Positions 57,713 to 64,000 of a DNA stretch of 64,000 bases are shown in pieces. The DNA is taken from assembly GCA_902519075.1 (NCBI GenBank), contig CABYIO010000002.1, forward strand, positions 2,015-66,014. Direction: 5' to 3'. The DNA comes from an uncultured Bacteroidota bacterium (GTDB lineage: Bacteria; Bacteroidota; Bacteroidia; Flavobacteriales; Flavobacteriaceae). Positions within the stretch are counted from its first letter, which is position 1; every line of letters starts with the position of its first letter. Under the pieces are notes generated by a model that ran no database searches, had not been told where the DNA came from, and saw only the letters and a list, made by a program, of their open reading frames with translations. A program made the position numbers and the translations under genes.

Positions 57713-58936
57713 ATGTTAATTTCAAAAAGCATAATTGATCTAGAATATAAGTATGGAGCACATAATTATCATCCTTTACCAGTTGTTTTGGAAAAAGGTG
57801 AAGGAGTTTTTTTATGGGATGTAGAAGGGAAGAAATATTATGATTTTTTATCTGCCTACTCTGCAGTTAACCAAGGGCATTGTCACCCCAAGATAATTTC
57901 GGCATTAGTTAATCAGTCGAATAAATTAACCCTAACATCCAGAGCATTTCACAATAATATTTTAGGTCAATATGAAAAATTTATTACTGAATTTTTTGGG
58001 TATGATAAAGTATTACCAATGAATACTGGGGTGGAAGGTGGTGAAACTGCGGTTAAATTAGCAAGAAAATGGGGTTACGAAGTTAAAAAGGTTCCCAATA
58101 ATTGCGCAAAAATTATTTTTGTTGAAGGAAATTTTTGGGGTAGAACTTTGGGTGCTATTTCTTCGTCAACAGATTCTAGTAGTACTAACGGTTTTGGTCC
58201 GTTTATGCCGGGTTATGAAATTATTCCATATAATGATTTAGACTCTCTTAAAGATTCTTTAAAGGATCAAAATGTGGTTGCCTTCATGGTTGAACCAATT
58301 CAAGGTGAAGCTGGGGTTGTAGTCCCAGATGACGATTATCTAAAGAAAGCATATGATTTGTGTAAAGAATCAAATGTTTTATTTATTGCAGATGAAGTTC
58401 AAACCGGTATAGGTAGAACAGGAAGAATGCTTTGCTGCGAACATCATGGATTCAAGCCTGACATATTAATTTTAGGAAAGGCTTTGTCTGGTGGTGTATT
58501 TCCGGTTTCTGCAATATTAGCATCTGATGAAGTTATGCTTACGATTAAACCCGGTGAACATGGATCAACTTTTGGGGGTAATCCAGTTGCTTGCGAGGTG
58601 GCCATGGCTGCTTTGAATGTTATTAAGGATGAGAAATTAGCTGAAAACGCAGGTAAAATGGGGATTATTTTTAGGGAAAAACTCCAATCATACATTAATG
58701 GAAGCAAAATTGTTGAAAAAATCAGAGGTAAAGGATTGTTAAATGCCATAATAATAAATGATGAAGAGAATAGTGATATTGCTTGGAATATATGTTTAAA
58801 AATGGCTCAAAATGGATTGCTTGCTAAACCCACACATGGTAATATAATAAGATTTGCACCTCCTTTGATCATTAATGAGAGGCAGTTAAATAATTGTATT
58901 GATATAATTATATCGTCACTTAAAGATTTTGAATAA
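57713..58936 (+). CDS. rocD: Ornithine--oxo-acid aminotransferase
   Basis: 407 aa with [20 protein letters not shown] and the PLP lysine in ILGKALSGG. Confidence 0.92.
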   Translation: MLISKSIIDLEYKYGAHNYHPLPVVLEKGEGVFLWDVEGKKYYDFLSAYSAVNQGHCHPKIISALVNQSNKLTLTSRAFHNNILGQYEKFITEFFGYDKVLPMNTGVEGGETAVKLARKWGYEVKKVPNNCAKIIFVEGNFWGRTLGAISSSTDSSSTNGFGPFMPGYEIIPYNDLDSLKDSLKDQNVVAFMVEPIQGEAGVVVPDDDYLKKAYDLCKESNVLFIADEVQTGIGRTGRMLCCEHHGFKPDILILGKALSGGVFPVSAILASDEVMLTIKPGEHGSTFGGNPVACEVAMAALNVIKDEKLAENAGKMGIIFREKLQSYINGSKIVEKIRGKGLLNAIIINDEENSDIAWNICLKMAQNGLLAKPTHGNIIRFAPPLIINERQLNNCIDIIISSLKDFE

Positions 58937-58970
58937 TATTTTAATAAATTAGTATTGCTAACCATTCAAT

Positions 58971-60116
58971 ATGTCTACAATTTATCTTGATAATGCCGCT
59001 ACTACAAAGGTGAGAGAGGAGATAGTTGATACAATTTCATCTATCATAAAAAATGAATACGGAAATCCTTCATCTACACATAGTTATGGCAGATCATCTA
59101 AATCTTTAATTGAATCTTCAAGGAAAGAAATTGCAGATATTTTAAATGTAAAAACATCCGAAATAATATTTACTTCTGGTGGTACGGAAGGTGATAATAT
59201 GATTATCAGAAATTGTGTTAATAATCTAGGGGTTTCCCACATAATTACAACAAAAATTGAACATCATGCCGTAACTCATACAATTGATGATCTTATCGAA
59301 TCAAATAATATTAAGGTTTCATATGTCAAGGTATCAAAATCTGGAGATGTTGATTTAAATAATTTAGAGGAAATATTAAAAAGATCTGATGAAAAATCTT
59401 TAGTAAGCTTAATGCACATAAACAATGAAATTGGAAATATCACTGATATTCAATTGGTTTCTAAAATTTGTCAAAAATACAACTCCTTATTTCATAGTGA
59501 TACAGTTCAATCTGTTGGGCATTATGATTTAGATTTTGAAAATATAAAAGTTGATTTTTTTGTTGCAAGTGCTCATAAATTTCATGGCCCTAAGGGTGTT
59601 GGATTTGCATTCGTAAGAAAAAATACAAACCTAGGATCATATATTACAGGGGGGGTGCAGGAAAAGGGGCTCAGAGCAGGAACTGAGTCAGTCCATAACA
59701 TAGTTGGGATGTCTGAGGCATTAAAAATTTCAACTAAAAATCTCAAATCTGAAAAAGAATATATTACTGAATTAAAAACCTACTTTATTTCAGAACTAAA
59801 AAAGAAGGTGAAAAATGTCAAATTCAATGGTTTGTGTGAAGATTTAAATAACTCAACTTATACATTGTTAAATATATTATTACCAATAGAGAGTGAAATT
59901 GGCGGGTTGTTTATGTTTAAATTAGATTTGAAAGGAATTGCCTGCTCCAAAGGAAGTGCTTGTCAGAGTGGGAGTGACACTGGTTCACATGTTCTAAAAG
60001 AAATACAAAATGAACAAGATAATAAGAAGGTGTCTCTAAGATTTTCATTTAGTATCTATAATACAAAAGACGAGCTTGACTTTGTCATCGATCAAATTAA
60101 TGATTTGATGAATTAG
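58971..60116 (+). CDS. Cysteine desulfurase family protein (NifS/IscS-like)
   Basis: 381 aa with the PLP lysine in SAHKFHGPKG, plus GGVQEKGLRAGTES and the catalytic Cys in GSACQSG. Confidence 0.9.
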   Translation: MSTIYLDNAATTKVREEIVDTISSIIKNEYGNPSSTHSYGRSSKSLIESSRKEIADILNVKTSEIIFTSGGTEGDNMIIRNCVNNLGVSHIITTKIEHHAVTHTIDDLIESNNIKVSYVKVSKSGDVDLNNLEEILKRSDEKSLVSLMHINNEIGNITDIQLVSKICQKYNSLFHSDTVQSVGHYDLDFENIKVDFFVASAHKFHGPKGVGFAFVRKNTNLGSYITGGVQEKGLRAGTESVHNIVGMSEALKISTKNLKSEKEYITELKTYFISELKKKVKNVKFNGLCEDLNNSTYTLLNILLPIESEIGGLFMFKLDLKGIACSKGSACQSGSDTGSHVLKEIQNEQDNKKVSLRFSFSIYNTKDELDFVIDQINDLMN

Positions 60117-62557
60117 AATTTAATATCCATATTAAGGTTAAATATTCTTGGGCTTAGATAGTTTGGAATACTATACTGTCTTTTTGAATATACATCTCTT
60201 ACCCATGTATTTGTGATTGTATTTTGCATGTTAAACATATTAAATATCTCCATTCCAATTGAGATTTCCTCTACATTAAAAAGTTTTTTAGCATCCTTAA
60301 TCAAATACATAATTCCTATATCAGCTCTTTTATAATCTGGCAGCCTGTTTTGATATTCATAAGGATCTGCATAGCTAGGAGAACCTCCAGTTAATCCAGT
60401 ATTGTATATCAGATTAATAAACATCTTTAAATTAGGCATATTGGGAACATAATCTTGGAATAAAACTCCAAATTTTAATCTTTGGTCAGTTGGTCTGGAT
60501 ATGTAGCCTCTATCATCAATATTTTCTTCAGTTTTTAAGTATCCAAAACTAAACCACGATTCGGTTCCTTTAACAAACTCACCGTTTAACCTTAAATCTA
60601 GCCCATAGGCGTATCCAAACGCATTATTATTAGCCACATATCTAATCCTTACATTATCGATAGTGTATGTATTTAAATCATCTAAATCCTTGTAATACAG
60701 CTCTGAGTTTAACCTAAAAGGTCTATTCCATAAATCAAACTTATATTCATTTGATAAGACATAATGTGTTGATTTTTGAGCTTTTAAAGAGGGGTTAATT
60801 TCCCCAGAAAAATTTCTCAGTTCTTTGTAGAATGGAGGTTGGTAATATACACCATATTTTAAATTGAAAATCATTTTTGGATTCCAGCTTGGTACATATC
60901 CAATTTGAAATCTAGGGCTTATTACTGTTTTCTTCTTAATATTATTTGACCAATCTTCGTTGGAATTTAGGGACCAATTGTGTACTCTGAGCCCCAGGTT
61001 ATAATAAATTTTATTGTTATTTATATAGCTTTCACTTTCCCATTGGGAATAAAATTGGATTCTTTCTATTGAAGTATCAATTGTAGATCTAATGTTCTGA
61101 AATGGTACTATTGGTCCCTCATTAGCTTCATAAGGTTGCTCAGAGATATTAGTAATGAAAGGTGGATCAATTAAATACCCAGCAGAGTCAATAACTTCCC
61201 ATTCAACAATTCTGTCATTTATATCTTCTTTTGTGAATTTAAACGAGAAATTGAATTCGTTTTTCTTTCTTATTAATTTAAGTTTAGACTCAATATTAAA
61301 AATTTGAGCATTTAAATCATTTCTAGCATGATTTAGTTGACTTCCAATTCCCTGACTAAATTCTACTTCCCCAAGATCCTCACTACCAATATTAGTATTC
61401 ACTTCTGCTAGGTTGTATTGTGCAAGAATATCAAAATACTCTTTTTCGGTTGTGTTGTAAAAAGATGAGTTTATTGTATAGGTATCACGTTGATTTGGTT
61501 TATAATCAACGGAAATAGAGTTAAAAAAAGTAGTATATCTATCTTTTTCTTCTCCGTCATAATATATTATTAATGCAAGCGGATCATCAAGTGTTCCAAA
61601 GTTAGTTTGTCTATTTAGTGGTTTAAAATTGTATCTATTTAATGAAAAATTTGTTAGAGTTGATATACTAAGTTTTGGATTAATCGATAATCTTAAATGA
61701 TTTTGTAAATCAAAAAATGAAGGCTTAAAGTTTGAGTTTGTTTCTTTTGAATTGACTAGTAGACTATTGTCTCTATATCTCAATCCAAGTATATTTGAAA
61801 TACTTTTATCTTTTGAAACATTTTCTGAAGTAAAACTACCTCCCAGGAAACTCGTGTTAATTCTATACTGATTTGAATCTGGAGATTTATATTTAATATC
61901 TAACACGGATGACATTTTATCCCCATATTTCGCTTCAAATCCACCTGATGAAAATTTTATATCATCAGTCATTTCTGAATTAACAAAACTAAGGCCTTCT
62001 TGTTGACCAGATCTTATCAAAAAAGGCCTATAAATTTCAATCCCATTTACATATACAAGATTTTCATCAAAATTCCCACCTCTAACAGAGTATTGTGTAC
62101 TCATTTCATTATTAATACTTACCCCAGGAAGAGTTTTTAAAATGTTTTCAATTCCAGGCTGAACACCTTTAATATCTCTTAGCTTTTCAGGTGATATATT
62201 TTGAATAGACTTTAAATCTTCTCTTCTAGTTGTATTCAAAATAACTTCAGATATTTGTTCAAAATTGGCACTTAAAACTGGGTTAAACTCAAGGATTTCT
62301 TTTTTAGATAAGTTAACTGTAATTTGAAGTCTTTTGTGATTTATATGAGTAAATACAACATTGATATTTTTACCCGACTCAACTTCAATCTTATAATATC
62401 CATCAACATCACTGATTGAACCTTTATTATCAAATTGAATATTAACATCTTTTATTGGAAAATTTTCTTCGTCTAATATCAAACCTGTAATAATAGCATC
62501 TTGCGAAAAAAAACAAGTGGATACAAGACAAAATAAGATGAGCACAAAATTTTTCAT
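60113..62557 (-). CDS. TonB-dependent receptor with N-terminal CarboxypepD_reg-like domain
   Basis: 814 aa with a signal peptide, a carboxypeptidase-regulatory-like domain (ITGLILDEENFPIKDVNI) and a plug (LKTLPGVS..SVRGG..VYVNGIEIY). A long barrel ends in an aromatic residue (DIKF). Confidence 0.78.
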   Translation of the reverse strand: MKNFVLILFCLVSTCFFSQDAIITGLILDEENFPIKDVNIQFDNKGSISDVDGYYKIEVESGKNINVVFTHINHKRLQITVNLSKKEILEFNPVLSANFEQISEVILNTTRREDLKSIQNISPEKLRDIKGVQPGIENILKTLPGVSINNEMSTQYSVRGGNFDENLVYVNGIEIYRPFLIRSGQQEGLSFVNSEMTDDIKFSSGGFEAKYGDKMSSVLDIKYKSPDSNQYRINTSFLGGSFTSENVSKDKSISNILGLRYRDNSLLVNSKETNSNFKPSFFDLQNHLRLSINPKLSISTLTNFSLNRYNFKPLNRQTNFGTLDDPLALIIYYDGEEKDRYTTFFNSISVDYKPNQRDTYTINSSFYNTTEKEYFDILAQYNLAEVNTNIGSEDLGEVEFSQGIGSQLNHARNDLNAQIFNIESKLKLIRKKNEFNFSFKFTKEDINDRIVEWEVIDSAGYLIDPPFITNISEQPYEANEGPIVPFQNIRSTIDTSIERIQFYSQWESESYINNNKIYYNLGLRVHNWSLNSNEDWSNNIKKKTVISPRFQIGYVPSWNPKMIFNLKYGVYYQPPFYKELRNFSGEINPSLKAQKSTHYVLSNEYKFDLWNRPFRLNSELYYKDLDDLNTYTIDNVRIRYVANNNAFGYAYGLDLRLNGEFVKGTESWFSFGYLKTEENIDDRGYISRPTDQRLKFGVLFQDYVPNMPNLKMFINLIYNTGLTGGSPSYADPYEYQNRLPDYKRADIGIMYLIKDAKKLFNVEEISIGMEIFNMFNMQNTITNTWVRDVYSKRQYSIPNYLSPRIFNLNMDIKF

Positions 62558-63999
62558 TTTTTTACTGTTCTAAAAAAAACTTTTTCTAAATGTTTAGTGT
62601 TCCCGACATTATCTGTAACATTAACTTTTAATATATTTTTAGGTTCAGAATTATTGATGTTATCATCAAAATCATAGGTCAAAATTCCTTTCATGGGATT
62701 GTATTCTAATAGAATCCATTTGTTATTCAAGGTACCTCTGTAGGAGCTTATTCCTGAATTTTTATCATTTATTTTTATTTGCAATTTATCCCTGTTTGAA
62801 ATCCACTGACTATCTTCTATATCAATTAAATTTATACTTGGCGGAATTGAATCAACTTTTATCATATAATCACCCAAAAGTTTAATATCAGCTATTAGAT
62901 TATCATTTTTTAAGCTATTTGAAACAAAAGATGATTTATCGTCTTTCTCAAGCTTGGCAATATAAGTTTTGTTTACTAACGAATCATTATAACGGGCTGT
63001 GTTAAATTTAATTGTTATTTCTTTAAGAACAGGAATTGAATCTTCATCGATTGATAAAATATTATTTCTTTCAATAATTTCAATTTCTTTATCAGTGTAG
63101 AAAGTATTTTTACTTAATTTAATAGACGAACTGGCAAATAATAAATTGTACACACTATCCTTATTAATGGAGTAAATATTGTCTGATTCTAACTCCTTAG
63201 TTTTATAATTTATTTTTTCTTTCCAGCTTATAGGAACAAGGATTTCAGTGTAATTTTTATTGTAATCAAATAGACGAATAGCATATAAGTAAACTTTATC
63301 CTGATTTGTTATATTTATAACCCCATTTCCGAGAGATCTATTATACATATCTAGAGGATTATAGTCCTCAATATAGAGTTTCTGTATTCTGATTTTTTTA
63401 TTCTTGTATGACGCATAATCAATAAAAGTGTTAATATGTCTCCATTCTTCATAAGAAAATGAATTTAAATTCATTTCAAAAACTTGTTCACCATTTAAGT
63501 TTGCTTTAATATTAGATAAACCCATTTTATTCCAGGTATTATTCATTTTATCATATGAGTTTACACCAAATCCTATTAAGCCACTTGTATTAAGAGTGTC
63601 AGAAATAAAAAGTTTACTAGAAATCTTTGTAAGTTTTAGATTTTTAAAGCTTGAGTTTGAACCATTAATTGAATTTTGTGGTATTTCTTTGTAATGTAAA
63701 CCAAGTACTACAGGTGGTATTGTATCTAAAACAGTGTAATTTTTATATTTCAATGGATTTATTGGTCTGTCTTTATCATCTCGCAGTTCATAATGTAGGT
63801 GTGGACCATAACTTCTTCCTGTATTTCCGCTGTAGCCGATTAACTCTTTTTCAGAAATTCTAATTTCATTTTCTTTTGGATATACCCTAAAGGTGTAAGA
63901 CTCGTTAGAATATTGAATTTCTTTTACAATTTTTTCAATTTTAGGAGAATACTTTTTTAAATGCGCATAAACAGATGATTGACCATTGTCATGTTTGAT
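62554..63999 (-). CDS. M23-family metallopeptidase with long C-terminal extension (5' end outside the window)
   Basis: The frame is open to the window edge. 63754-63999 encode HDNGQSSVYAHL ... GYSGNTGRSYGPHLHYELR (M23 HxH region). The track's start at 63753 is an internal TTG. Confidence 0.85.
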   Translation of the reverse strand: MKHDNGQSSVYAHLKKYSPKIEKIVKEIQYSNESYTFRVYPKENEIRISEKELIGYSGNTGRSYGPHLHYELRDDKDRPINPLKYKNYTVLDTIPPVVLGLHYKEIPQNSINGSNSSFKNLKLTKISSKLFISDTLNTSGLIGFGVNSYDKMNNTWNKMGLSNIKANLNGEQVFEMNLNSFSYEEWRHINTFIDYASYKNKKIRIQKLYIEDYNPLDMYNRSLGNGVINITNQDKVYLYAIRLFDYNKNYTEILVPISWKEKINYKTKELESDNIYSINKDSVYNLLFASSSIKLSKNTFYTDKEIEIIERNNILSIDEDSIPVLKEITIKFNTARYNDSLVNKTYIAKLEKDDKSSFVSNSLKNDNLIADIKLLGDYMIKVDSIPPSINLIDIEDSQWISNRDKLQIKINDKNSGISSYRGTLNNKWILLEYNPMKGILTYDFDDNINNSEPKNILKVNVTDNVGNTKHLEKVFFRTVKK

Positions 64000-64000
64000 A

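Noticed and set aside
59649-59655. G7 homopolymer inside the cysteine desulfurase gene, in a very AT-rich genome (possible slippage or phase-variation tract).
   Set aside because: It encodes the conserved Gly-Gly of the GG(V/Q)QE motif and is in frame. A housekeeping enzyme is an unlikely phase-variable target.

Overview
AT-rich (about 30% GC, judged by eye) and extremely gene-dense chromosomal segment. It looks like core genome of a streamlined Bacteroidota, probably Flavobacteriia. Three things support this: repeated TAnnTTTG promoter-like motifs, many lipobox proteins, and typical flavobacterial gene content such as a fused E1 alpha/beta dehydrogenase, a beta-propeller glutaminyl cyclase and a CarboxypepD_reg TonB-dependent receptor. 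I can support about 59 protein genes, 2 of them truncated by the window edges, plus one SRP (4.5S) RNA and one clear intrinsic terminator. I see no tRNA or rRNA, no CRISPR array, no transposase, integrase or phage genes, and no recognisable defence island. The content is mainly housekeeping: miaA, smpB, glyA, pheT, recG, a uvrD-like helicase, holA, uvrA, ggt, glmM, mnmE, dnaN, purC, acs, rlmD and rocD. I did not find convincing evidence for a new multi-gene system here. The observations most worth a second look are listed below.
- A DnaQ-like exonuclease whose Exo I motif lies upstream of any canonical start codon.
- A triple 9-nt repeat bracketing the recG start codon.
- Nearly universal 3' overlap of convergent genes.
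- A secreted MORN-repeat/trypsin-like protease, followed by a tightly packed string of uncharacterised small or membrane genes that includes a lipobox-bearing (exported) RidA.
- A DUF4212/SSS/acs module.
- Two uncharacterised outer-membrane gene pairs.
All calls rest on reading the translations and sequence by eye. No searches or folding computations were run.
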